Shown here one piece after another: positions 19,161-27,943 of a DNA stretch of 64,000 nucleotides (its first letter is position 1; each line of letters begins with the position of its first letter). This DNA comes from Planctomycetota bacterium (GTDB lineage Bacteria; Planctomycetota; UBA1135; UBA2386). The translations under genes were made by a program, and so were the position numbers. The notes under the pieces were generated by a model. That model saw only the letters and a program-made list of their open reading frames with translations, was not told the origin of the DNA and did not search any database. Location of the stretch: positions 1,216,001 through 1,280,000 of the forward strand of contig OZ245838.1 of NCBI GenBank assembly GCA_965228735.1. Reading direction: 5' to 3'.

Positions 19161-20371
19161 ACAAGACCCTCGTCACGATCCTCAAGCTGCTCGCCGTCGC
19201 CGGCCTGATGTGGTGGGTGTTCGCGTCGATCAACTTCGACGACCGCCTGGTCTACCGCGAGCGCCTGCAGGGTGACGACACGAAGATCGTCAAGGAAGAG
19301 ACGATCGAGATCGTCGGCAGCTGGAAGAACGATCCGCTCGTGTATCGCTACGCCGGCGAGGCCGCGGATCAGACGGAGCGCACGATCGCGCTCGGGGTCC
19401 AGGACGACGGGCTGCTGCTCTCTGTGACCCCGGGGTTCCTGACCTACTGGCACAACCTCGATCCGTGGCTCTTCGCGCTCGGCGCGTTCTGCTACTTCCT
19501 CACGGTGATGATCGCGGGTCTGCGGTGGTGGTGGCTGCTGCGGGTGAACGGCACGGACGTGTCACCGCTCGAGACGCTGCGGTTCACGTGGATCGGCGTG
19601 TTCTTCAACACCGTGATGCCGGGCGCGACCGGCGGCGATCTCATCAAGGCGCTCTACATCATGAAGCGCTGCCCCGGCCATCGCGTCCAGGTGCTCGTTT
19701 CGGTCGCGGTCGACCGCGTCCTCGGGCTCGCGTCACTCGCGCTGCTCGGCGCGATCGTGGTGCTGTTCGCGCTCGATCGCTTCGGCTGGATCGCGCTCGC
19801 GGTCTGGGGCGTCATTCTCGGCGTCGCACTGCTCGGCGTGCTCGCGTTCAGCCGCCGCCTGCGCGAACGGATCAAGCTCAAGGCGCTGCTCGAACGCCTG
19901 CCGCACAAGCTCAGCCACCTGCTCAAGCTCGTCGACCAGGCCATCTTCTTCTACCGCGATCACAAGCGCGTCATCGGTCTCAGTCTGCTGATCGGCATGG
20001 GCAACCACGTCGTGTCGGTGCTCTGCGTCGTGTTCCTCGGCATGGCGCTCGACATCGGCGTGCCGCCCCTCGAGTACTTCGTGCTCGTCCCGATCATCAA
20101 CATCGTCTCCGCGGTGCCGCTCGGCCCGCAGGGCTGGGGCCTCGGCGAATGGGCCTACAAGAGCCTGTTCGGCAAGTACGCGGCCGTGCACCTGCCGGAC
20201 GTCGCCAACGCGAGCGAGGTCATGGGCACGCGCGGCCTCGCGCTGTCCGTGCTCTACCGCCTGCACCTGACGTTCTGGTCGCTGCTCGGCGGCGTGTTCG
20301 TGATGTTCGAGAAGGACCGCGTGACGAAGGCCGATATCGAGCGCGAGGAGCAGCGCGAAGCCGACGACTAG
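19151..20371 (+). CDS. Lysylphosphatidylglycerol-synthase-TM / flippase-like (UPF0104) membrane protein
   Basis: RWWWLL, IGVFFNTVMPGATGGDLIK, VDRVLG, PLGPQGWGLGE and LYR motifs with many TM helices. The start may be GTG 19157. Confidence 0.85.
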   Translation: MAVNKTLVTILKLLAVAGLMWWVFASINFDDRLVYRERLQGDDTKIVKEETIEIVGSWKNDPLVYRYAGEAADQTERTIALGVQDDGLLLSVTPGFLTYWHNLDPWLFALGAFCYFLTVMIAGLRWWWLLRVNGTDVSPLETLRFTWIGVFFNTVMPGATGGDLIKALYIMKRCPGHRVQVLVSVAVDRVLGLASLALLGAIVVLFALDRFGWIALAVWGVILGVALLGVLAFSRRLRERIKLKALLERLPHKLSHLLKLVDQAIFFYRDHKRVIGLSLLIGMGNHVVSVLCVVFLGMALDIGVPPLEYFVLVPIINIVSAVPLGPQGWGLGEWAYKSLFGKYAAVHLPDVANASEVMGTRGLALSVLYRLHLTFWSLLGGVFVMFEKDRVTKADIEREEQREADD

Positions 20372-20448
20372 GACAGCGGGCGGCGCCCGACGAAATCACC
20401 GAATCCGGTGGGGCCGGCCCAGGCCGCTCGCTAACGTCTTCGCCCGAC

Positions 20449-21354
20449 ATGTCACTGCTCATCGTCGGCTCCACCGCGTTCGACACGATCGAGACGCCGC
20501 ACGGATCAGTCGAGAACTGCCTCGGCGGCTCCTCGACCTACACCGCCCTCGCGGCTCGATTGTTCTGCCCCGTCCAGCTCGTCAGCGTCGTCGGCGCCGA
20601 CTTCCCGGACGAGCACCGCCAGTTCCTGCAGGGTCATGACATCGACCTCGCGGGCCTCGAGACGGTCGCGGACGGCAAGACGTTCCGCTGGCACGGCCGG
20701 TACTCGGAGGACATGAACTCGCGCGACACGATCGACGTGCAGCTCAACGTCCTCGGCGACTTCAAGCCGAAGGTGCCGACCAGCTACAAGAACACGCCGT
20801 TCGTGTTCCTCGCCAACGGCGCACCGGTCACGCAGCTCGCCGTGCTCGACCAGATGGAGTCCAAGCGCTTCGCGGTCGCCGACACGATGAACCTGTGGAT
20901 CGAGCACAACCTCGCCGAGTTGCGGGAACTGCTCCCGCGCCTCGATGGCCTGATCCTCAACGACGAGGAGGCCAAGCAGCTCACCGGCAAGGGCAACCTG
21001 ATCCAGGCGGGCCGCGCCGTGCTCGAGCTCGGCCCGAAGCTCGCGATCGTCAAGAAGGGCGAGCACGGGTGCTTCCTGTTCTCGCACTTCTTCCACTACG
21101 CACTGCCGGCCTACCCGACGGAGACGGTGGTGGACCCGACGGGCGCGGGCGACAGCTTCGCCGGCGGCTTCATGGGTTACCTCAGCAACACCGACTCGGT
21201 GACGGTGTGGAACCTGAAGCGCGCGATCGCCTACGGCACGGTCGCGGCCAGCATCACGGTCGAGGGCTTCGGGACGCAGAGCATCGCCGAGGCCGAGCGC
21301 GGCACGATCGAGGCGCGCTACCGTGAACTGATGCAGTTCGTGGCGTGCGACTGA
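20449..21354 (+). CDS. PfkB family carbohydrate kinase
   Basis: MSLLIVGSTAFDTIETP, LGGS, NDEEA, VKKGEHG and DPTGAGDSFAGG motifs. Confidence 0.93.
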   Translation: MSLLIVGSTAFDTIETPHGSVENCLGGSSTYTALAARLFCPVQLVSVVGADFPDEHRQFLQGHDIDLAGLETVADGKTFRWHGRYSEDMNSRDTIDVQLNVLGDFKPKVPTSYKNTPFVFLANGAPVTQLAVLDQMESKRFAVADTMNLWIEHNLAELRELLPRLDGLILNDEEAKQLTGKGNLIQAGRAVLELGPKLAIVKKGEHGCFLFSHFFHYALPAYPTETVVDPTGAGDSFAGGFMGYLSNTDSVTVWNLKRAIAYGTVAASITVEGFGTQSIAEAERGTIEARYRELMQFVACD

Positions 21355-21366
21355 CCGGCCGCAGCC

Positions 21367-21446
21367 GATTCGGCCAGTAGGGGATCCGGCCAGTAGGGGG
21401 TTCGGCCAGTAGGGGATTCGGCCAGTAGGGGATTCGGCCAGCAGCA
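21367..21446. repeat. Tandem repeat, 5 copies of 16-bp GATTCGGCCAGTAGGG, between convergent genes
   Basis: Units at 21367, 21383, 21399, 21415 and 21431, with degenerate remnants to about 21470. Confidence 0.92.
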
Positions 21447-21489
21447 GATTCGGGCCGGCAACGGATTCGAGCCGGCCCGAGAGCGGCAC

Positions 21490-22485
21490 TCAGTTGCCGA
21501 CGTAGACGCGACCGTAGTTGGTCGAGACGATACCGGCGGCGTTCGCGGCCGGATCGAGGATCGCGTACTGGGTGAAGAACCGCACGTTCACCAGGTTGCC
21601 GTTGTTCGGCACTGGGAAGGGCAGGCTACCGTTACCAGCTGCGTCGAGCAGCACCGCGATCGACAGATCCGGGCCGATGTACTGCAGGCAGCCGGGCATG
21701 CCCTGCGCCGTCAGATCCAGCGGGAACGGGGCGCCGTTGTAGAATCCGAACACGCAGAACGAGAGTGCATTCGGAGCCCCACTGCTCACGTCGAGATCCG
21801 CGGTGCCGCCGAGTTGCGAGCTGCCACCGAGGGTGTGCACCGGCGTGCCGTTCGAGCCGGCACAGGAGGTGCCGTACGAGGACAACTTCGCGGTCAGCAT
21901 GCTGATCTCGAACTTCAGCGCCGCGTTGCCGAGCGTGCCGCTCGGGGCCGCCGGCCCGCTATTGGCGAACCAGTAGAGGCGCTGGCGCGTATCGCGGTGG
22001 AACCCCGAAGGCGCGATCGCGTCGGTCGCCTTGATGTCGACGACGAGGTCGTCGACGCCGTTGTAGACGAACACGTCCTGCAGCCCCATCTCGTTCCACA
22101 CGTCGGCCGTCAGGTTCCACGTGAAGTTCGATGCCATGAGCACGGTCACGGCGGCGGGGGTGAGGTTGTTGTCGAACGTCGGATCGAGCGGGGAGCCGGC
22201 CGGATGGTGATCGAACGTCACCTCGAGCATGCCGTAGGTCGCCACGCCGCTGCTGCAGGGCGAGAACCCGATGCCCGTGATCAAGTTGGCCGTGCTACCG
22301 AGGTCGGCCGCCGTGGCCTTGCACTGGTAGCGCTGGTTGTAGAACGAGCTGGTGGTGCTCGACGAGCCGAACGGGATCACGTTGCACGTGCCCGACGCGG
22401 TCAGGTTGTCCGGGACGAACCAGTTCTGCGCGCTGACAAAGGGGGAGACGAGAACGGCCGAAGCCGCGAACGCGAGTGCTTTCAT
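21490..22485 (-). CDS. Secreted beta-rich protein with the conserved C-terminal module
   Basis: Start MKALAFAASAVLVSPFVSA-QN at ATG 22485; C-terminal YGTSCAG...PLDLTAQGMPGC...DAAGNG...VP...FFTQ. Confidence 0.85.
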   Translation of the reverse strand: MKALAFAASAVLVSPFVSAQNWFVPDNLTASGTCNVIPFGSSSTTSSFYNQRYQCKATAADLGSTANLITGIGFSPCSSGVATYGMLEVTFDHHPAGSPLDPTFDNNLTPAAVTVLMASNFTWNLTADVWNEMGLQDVFVYNGVDDLVVDIKATDAIAPSGFHRDTRQRLYWFANSGPAAPSGTLGNAALKFEISMLTAKLSSYGTSCAGSNGTPVHTLGGSSQLGGTADLDVSSGAPNALSFCVFGFYNGAPFPLDLTAQGMPGCLQYIGPDLSIAVLLDAAGNGSLPFPVPNNGNLVNVRFFTQYAILDPAANAAGIVSTNYGRVYVGN

Positions 22486-22556
22486 GGTAGGAGCCAAGAT
22501 AGATTGGCGGAAACGTTGAGGTTTGCAGACAGGGTTGGTCAGGCAGCAGCCGACGA

Positions 22557-24122
22557 TCATCGCAGTTCGACGATCACCGGCGTGCTGATGGTCGGGTTCG
22601 GCGCGAAGCCACCCGCGGACTGCAGCACGAAGCGCAGGTTCGGGAAGGCGCCGGTGTTCGGATTGTTGAACGAGAACGCGCCGTAGCCGTTCGGATCGGT
22701 CACGGTGAGCGCGAGGGTGATCGTGTTGAACGAGGTGAAGACATCGGCGTGGCCAGGATCGAGCGTCACCGGCAAGCCGGCCGCCGGGATCGAGGACGCG
22801 AAGCCACCGGCCGGGCCGGGGCCGAACACCGCGATCAGGAACGCGACCGACGTCGGCGGTCCGTTCACGTCGAGTTCCCACATCGGCTGGTTGGTCGCCG
22901 TATCGAGGGCGCCGAAATCGTTCTGGTCGAGCAGCATCGGCTCGTACTCGAGCGCGTCGACGACGGTCAGCCCCATCACGGTCGGCTGGAAGTTGGGCGC
23001 ATCGAGCTGCACGCCGAGCCACGCGCCGGTCGCGGGGACACCGCTCACGAGGCTGCCGCAGAGCTGGCCGTTGATCGTCGCGATCGAGCCGCCGCCCGCG
23101 GTCGAGAAGATCGTGCCGCCGTAGCGTCCCGCATCCGACGTGAACACGAGATCGGGCTCGGACGTGTAGACCCCGGCGATGTCCGGGAACGTCGTCGTGT
23201 AGGTGCCGCCGGCCGGATCGAGACCGAGGCCGCTGATCTTGCCGAGCACGGTGTTGCCGCTCGTGCCGACGATCGGCGCGCCGCTGTTGTCGTGCGCGCC
23301 GGCCACGCCGACCATCGACCGGATCGACCGCGGGTTCGGGCTCGAACCGACGTCGACCTCCTCGATGCAGACGCGCGCGCTGCTCGGCGTGAAGCTGCTG
23401 ATGTTGCCGTTGGCGTCGTAGACGATGTCGGCCGCGGCGATCTTGACGATCGAACCGTCGTTCGCGAACACCGCGTTGCCGAGACTGCCGTTGGTCCACT
23501 GCCCGCCCTGGACGGGGGCGTAGTAGAGGTCGCCCGCCGCGGTCTGGACCAGCGCGTGCGCGCCGTCGACGCTGCCCTGACCCGCGGGCGGCGGGCCGGC
23601 AGCGACGGCGAGGTCCGCCGCCGTCATGAAGAACTCGACGTTGCCGTTGGGCAGGAGCCGGATCCAGTCGCCGGGCACCAACGTGTGCACGGCGGTGCCG
23701 TTGTTGGTGAACACCTCGAGGTCGGCGGTCGCGACATTGTCGCGCACCGTGAAGTAGACCTTGTCCCAGGTGACGTTGCCGCGATCGCTGTGCTTCACGA
23801 ACAGGCCGCCGATCTGGAACGACGTGAAGTACGACGCGAGACCGTCGAACTTGAGGTAGTTGTCGTCGGCGTTCGCGTCACCGAGATAGCACTGCATCGC
23901 GGAGGCCGGCAGCAGATTGCGGGCGACCGCGCCAGCACCGGGAGTGCAGTAGGTGAAATCGTACTTCGAGATCTGGTTGATCGCGCCGCCCGGCCGTTCG
24001 TTGACGGCGTCCAACCCGGCGAACGGGAACCGACCGGTGAACAGCAAGGTGTTCTGGGCGGAGGCAACGCCGGCGACAGCGGTGACGGCGGCGAGGAAGG
24101 AGAACAGGGACAACTTCGTCAT
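22557..24122 (-). CDS. Secreted beta-rich protein, unknown function
   Basis: Signal peptide ...GVASA-QN; C-terminal TDPNGYG...NP...FPNLRFVLQ module. Confidence 0.85.
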   Translation of the reverse strand: MTKLSLFSFLAAVTAVAGVASAQNTLLFTGRFPFAGLDAVNERPGGAINQISKYDFTYCTPGAGAVARNLLPASAMQCYLGDANADDNYLKFDGLASYFTSFQIGGLFVKHSDRGNVTWDKVYFTVRDNVATADLEVFTNNGTAVHTLVPGDWIRLLPNGNVEFFMTAADLAVAAGPPPAGQGSVDGAHALVQTAAGDLYYAPVQGGQWTNGSLGNAVFANDGSIVKIAAADIVYDANGNISSFTPSSARVCIEEVDVGSSPNPRSIRSMVGVAGAHDNSGAPIVGTSGNTVLGKISGLGLDPAGGTYTTTFPDIAGVYTSEPDLVFTSDAGRYGGTIFSTAGGGSIATINGQLCGSLVSGVPATGAWLGVQLDAPNFQPTVMGLTVVDALEYEPMLLDQNDFGALDTATNQPMWELDVNGPPTSVAFLIAVFGPGPAGGFASSIPAAGLPVTLDPGHADVFTSFNTITLALTVTDPNGYGAFSFNNPNTGAFPNLRFVLQSAGGFAPNPTISTPVIVELR

Positions 24123-24198
24123 TTGGGGGGATCCTTGGCGGCCAGGGAATCACCATCCATAATTGGCAACGCTCGCCCTGCCAACCGACCCGTACCCG

Positions 24199-25896
24199 AT
24201 GATCGCCCGCGTTACCGCCTCGATACTCTCTGCCGCGCTGCTCCTCACGCCGGCCCTGCCCGCCCAGGCGCCCTCCGCGGATACGAGCGTCGGCGTCTTC
24301 CCGTTCCTCGTCGGCAACATGGACGGCCGCGTCAACGAGCTGGCGAACAACTGTCAGCTCCATGGCATGGACACGCTCTACGTGAGCGTCTTTCGGGCGA
24401 CCGGACCGCAGACCGGCGATCTCTGGATCACCGACCGGGCCGGGAACTGGAATCCGGCGTTCGGCCCCGTGCGGCCGACCGGAGCCGGCATCGATCTGCG
24501 CAACCTGATCGCCGCGTGCCACGCCGTGAACGTCCGGGTCGTCGGGGTGCTCAAGTGCTTCGACAACTCGGTCCAGCCCGACAGCCTCGCGCATCGCCAG
24601 TACCTGCTCGACGTGATCGGCTACTTCGTCGACGCGTTCGAGGCCAACGGCCGACCGACCTACGACCTCGACGGCATCGCGCTCGACTACGTGCGCTACG
24701 TCGGCAGCGGCAACGCCAATCCCCAGAACGTCACCGATTTCGTGGCGGCGGTTCGGGACCGCATCGGCGGGCTGTCACTGCACGCCTACCTGCTCGCCAA
24801 CCGCTACACGTTCGACGGGCCGAACTACAACGGCAACTTCAACAGTTACGGCGCGGTGATCAACTCGCTCGCGTCGCAGTACGGCCAGCACTGGGAGCAG
24901 CTCGCGCCGTATCTCGACGTCTACATGCCGATGACCTACACGGCGAACGGGTCGATCTACGCCACCGCGGCGCTGCATCAGGCCTACACGCAGCAGGCCG
25001 CCGCGTACGCGCGCACGGCGTGCACGATCGCGGGCTACCCGGGCCGGCGGGTCTGCAACGTCGTCAAGACCTACTCGAGCAGCGGCGAGACGACGACGAC
25101 CCAGACGATCGACGCCTCGATCACGGGCACGCTGCTCGGCGGCGGCGACGGTTACCAGTCGTTCCGCTACCAGCACCTCGTGAACAACCCGTCGTGGTGG
25201 GGGCCGATGAGCAACCACGCGGTGCCAGGCTGCAACTGGCCCGTTCCCATCTACACCGCGACCCCCAACCGGCTCACGGTGACGGTCGACGCCGGCACGT
25301 CGCGCGATCACGAGGATCCGAGCGCGCTGCTGCAGCTGCGGGTCGATCGCGACGGCGACGGCACGTTCGACACCCCGTGGCAGGCCAACGTCGCGGACCT
25401 CGGCCTGGCCCGCTACCCCGGGACGTTCACGAGCACGGTGCAGGTGCGCGACACCGATGGCCACGTGAGCACGTCGCGGCGCCGCTTCAGTGCCGGTTCG
25501 CCCGTGTCGGTGTTCCCGAGCGTGGTCTCGACGGGCGCGGGCGGCAGTTCGTTCGTCACGTTCGACGTCGGCAGCGCGGGCAGCGGCCACGTCTATCTCG
25601 CACTCGCGACGCTGTCGGGGACCAGTCCCGGGTTCGAGTGGGCGCCGGGCTTCCCCGTGCCGATCAACATCGACTTCCTCACGACGTCCATCGCGGGCAA
25701 CCCGAACAGCGGCCTGATCAGCGGCGGCCTCGGCGTGTTCGACGGCACGGGTCGGGGGACGACGACGCTCAACCTGCCGGCCGGGATCGCGACGCCGTTC
25801 GCGGGGCAGACGGTGCACTGGAGCTTCATCGCGATGGCGCCGTTCACGGGGCCGAGCTGCGTCGGCGACGCGCGCCCGATGCTCCTGCTGCCCTGA
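24199..25896 (+). CDS. Secreted putative glycoside hydrolase (TIM barrel, GHL10/DUF187-like) with a PKD-like domain and the C-terminal module
   Basis: Signal peptide; DTLYVSVF, LIAACHA, DGIALDYVRY and DVYMPMTY motifs; VDAGTSRD...DRDGDGTFD...VQVRD PKD-like segment. Confidence 0.65.
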   Translation: MIARVTASILSAALLLTPALPAQAPSADTSVGVFPFLVGNMDGRVNELANNCQLHGMDTLYVSVFRATGPQTGDLWITDRAGNWNPAFGPVRPTGAGIDLRNLIAACHAVNVRVVGVLKCFDNSVQPDSLAHRQYLLDVIGYFVDAFEANGRPTYDLDGIALDYVRYVGSGNANPQNVTDFVAAVRDRIGGLSLHAYLLANRYTFDGPNYNGNFNSYGAVINSLASQYGQHWEQLAPYLDVYMPMTYTANGSIYATAALHQAYTQQAAAYARTACTIAGYPGRRVCNVVKTYSSSGETTTTQTIDASITGTLLGGGDGYQSFRYQHLVNNPSWWGPMSNHAVPGCNWPVPIYTATPNRLTVTVDAGTSRDHEDPSALLQLRVDRDGDGTFDTPWQANVADLGLARYPGTFTSTVQVRDTDGHVSTSRRRFSAGSPVSVFPSVVSTGAGGSSFVTFDVGSAGSGHVYLALATLSGTSPGFEWAPGFPVPINIDFLTTSIAGNPNSGLISGGLGVFDGTGRGTTTLNLPAGIATPFAGQTVHWSFIAMAPFTGPSCVGDARPMLLLP

Positions 25897-25944
25897 GCGG
25901 GATCGGGTAGCAGGCCGGAGCGCAAACCCAGGTCCGGTCGCGAT

Positions 25945-25992
25945 CCGATCCGTTCGTGGCCCGATCCGTTCGTGACCCGATCCGTTCGTGAC
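25945..25992. repeat. Tandem repeat, 3 copies of 16-bp CCGATCCGTTCGTG(A/G)C
   Basis: Units at 25945, 25961 and 25977. Confidence 0.9.
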
Positions 25993-26043
25993 CGAGCCAG
26001 AGGGCCTCGCTATCGTGCTCGCCCCCGCATCGACCCGACCCTG

Positions 26044-27594
26044 ATGATCCAACTCGAGAGCTACGTCTGTGGTAGCTGGAACGCCGGCAGCGGCGATCCG
26101 AAGCCGCTTCACGACCCGACGACCGAAGCCGTGCTCGGCGAAGTCCGCCCCGGCGGCATCGACTTCAAGGCGGTGCTCGCGCACGCCCAGGAGCAGGGCG
26201 GCCCGGCGTTGCGGCGGCTGACGTTCGCGGAGCGCGGCGCGATGCTCAAGGGGATCGCGGGGGTCGTTCACGAGCACCGCGACGAGCTGATCAAGATCGC
26301 GGGCGAGAACGGCGGCAACACGCGCGGCGACGCCAAGTTCGACCTCGACGGCGCCTCGGGGACCCTGGCGTTCTACGCCAAGCTCGGCGAGACGCTGCAA
26401 CCGCAGCACCTGCTGGACGGTGACGTCGACCAGCTCGGTCGCTCGCCGCGCTTCTCGGGGCAGCACATCCTCGTGCCGCGACCCGGCGTCGCGGTCCACA
26501 TCAACGCGTTCAACTTCCCGGCCTGGGGCATGGGCGAGAAGATGGCGTGCGCGCTGCTCGCCGGCATGCCGGTGATCGAGAAGGCCGGCCACGCGAGCGC
26601 GCTGCTGGCCTACCGCATCGCGCAGCTGATCGTCGAGTCGGGTCTCGTGCCGGAGGGGGCGTTCCAGTTCCTTCCCGGCTCGGTCAGCAAGCTGCTCGAC
26701 GAACTCGGTCCCATGGACACGGTCGCGTTCACGGGGAGTGCGGCGACGGGCGCGCTCATCCGCGGCAACCGCAACCTCGTGCAGCGCAACGTGCGCGTCA
26801 ACGTCGAGGCCGACTCGATCAACTCCGCGATCCTGGGCCCGGACGCCGAGACGGACAGCGACACGCTCGAGCAGTTCCTCACCAACGTCACCATCGACAT
26901 GACGCAGAAGGCCGGCCAGAAGTGCACGGCCGTGCGCCGTATCTTCGTCCCGAACGAGATGGTCGACGACGTCTGCAGCGAGCTCGCGGCGCGACTCGAG
27001 AGCACCGCGATGGGCAACCCGCTCGACAAGGACGTGCGGATGGGACCGGTCGCGAGCAAGGCGCAGTTCGACGACGTGCGCGCCGGCATCGATCAGCTGA
27101 CCGGGGTGGCCGGCATGACCATCGTCACGGGTGGCAGCGAGCCCGCGCGCGACACCGGCTTCTTCGTCAAGCCGACGTTGCTGCGCAGCCAGAACGGCGA
27201 CGCCGACCTGCTGCACGAACTCGAGGTGTTCGGCCCGTGCGCCACGGTAATTCCGTACTCCGGTAGCGCGGACGAGGTCGTCGGCCTCGTCAACCGCGGC
27301 GGGGGCAGCCTGGTCGCGAGCGTCTACTCCGACGACAAGAAGTTCGTCGACACCGTAGTACGGGGCATCGCGCCGTGGCACGGTCGCGTGTGGCTCGGCA
27401 GCGAGAAGACGATGGGGCAGGCGCTCGGCCCGGGCGCCGTGCTCCCGGGATCGATCCATGGCGGCCCGGGTCGGGCCGGCGGCGGCGAGGAGCTCGGCGG
27501 CCTGCGCGGGCTCATGCCGTACCTGCAACGCACCGCGCTGCAGGGGGACCGCGCGGTCCTGACGAAGATTTTCGGTCCGAAGGACAAGTCGTAA
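26044..27594 (+). CDS. PaaZ/BoxD-type aldehyde dehydrogenase (ALDH domain only, no MaoC domain)
   Basis: [48 protein letters not shown] and [15 protein letters not shown] motifs; 516 aa. Confidence 0.9.
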   Translation: MIQLESYVCGSWNAGSGDPKPLHDPTTEAVLGEVRPGGIDFKAVLAHAQEQGGPALRRLTFAERGAMLKGIAGVVHEHRDELIKIAGENGGNTRGDAKFDLDGASGTLAFYAKLGETLQPQHLLDGDVDQLGRSPRFSGQHILVPRPGVAVHINAFNFPAWGMGEKMACALLAGMPVIEKAGHASALLAYRIAQLIVESGLVPEGAFQFLPGSVSKLLDELGPMDTVAFTGSAATGALIRGNRNLVQRNVRVNVEADSINSAILGPDAETDSDTLEQFLTNVTIDMTQKAGQKCTAVRRIFVPNEMVDDVCSELAARLESTAMGNPLDKDVRMGPVASKAQFDDVRAGIDQLTGVAGMTIVTGGSEPARDTGFFVKPTLLRSQNGDADLLHELEVFGPCATVIPYSGSADEVVGLVNRGGGSLVASVYSDDKKFVDTVVRGIAPWHGRVWLGSEKTMGQALGPGAVLPGSIHGGPGRAGGGEELGGLRGLMPYLQRTALQGDRAVLTKIFGPKDKS

Positions 27595-27756
27595 CCCACG
27601 AGCTGACCGCTACTTCGAGCAGCCGTGCGGAAACTTCCGGGAATCGACCGGGTTCGCTGACCCGGTTCGGGACCAGCGCGCGTAACGCATCTGTCCGAAG
27701 CCGTGTTGCGAACCGGTCGGCATGATCGCACGCACGGCCCTCGGGCGCCCGAGGTG

Positions 27757-27897
27757 ATGACTACCGTCCTGATTCTCTGGTGCGTCGGCTCCATCTTGGT
27801 AGCCCCGGTGATCGGTGGCGCGATTCGCATGTCGCAAGCCCGCTGCCAGAACTGCCCGCGAAACTGCCCGTATCGCACGGACTCCTGCCGCGTCTGA
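27757..27897 (+). CDS. Small membrane protein with a Cys-rich tail (46 aa)
   Basis: MTTVLILWCVGSILVAPVIGGAIRMSQARCQNCPRNCPYRTDSCRV: one TM helix plus CxxCxxxC...C, preceded by GAGGTG. Confidence 0.45.
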   Translation: MTTVLILWCVGSILVAPVIGGAIRMSQARCQNCPRNCPYRTDSCRV

Positions 27898-27943
27898 CTC
27901 CTGCCGCGTTTGGGCGGACCACCGGCTCCGGCCTGAGCGGAAC

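Noticed and set aside
21367..21446. Short repeat arrays (also 14791, 25945, 55547) as CRISPR arrays
   Set aside because: The units are head-to-tail with no unique spacers, are only 15-17 bp, and no cas genes are present.
26044..27594. Naming the ALDH paaZ or boxD
   Set aside because: It lacks the MaoC domain of PaaZ and has no pathway context to choose between the two.
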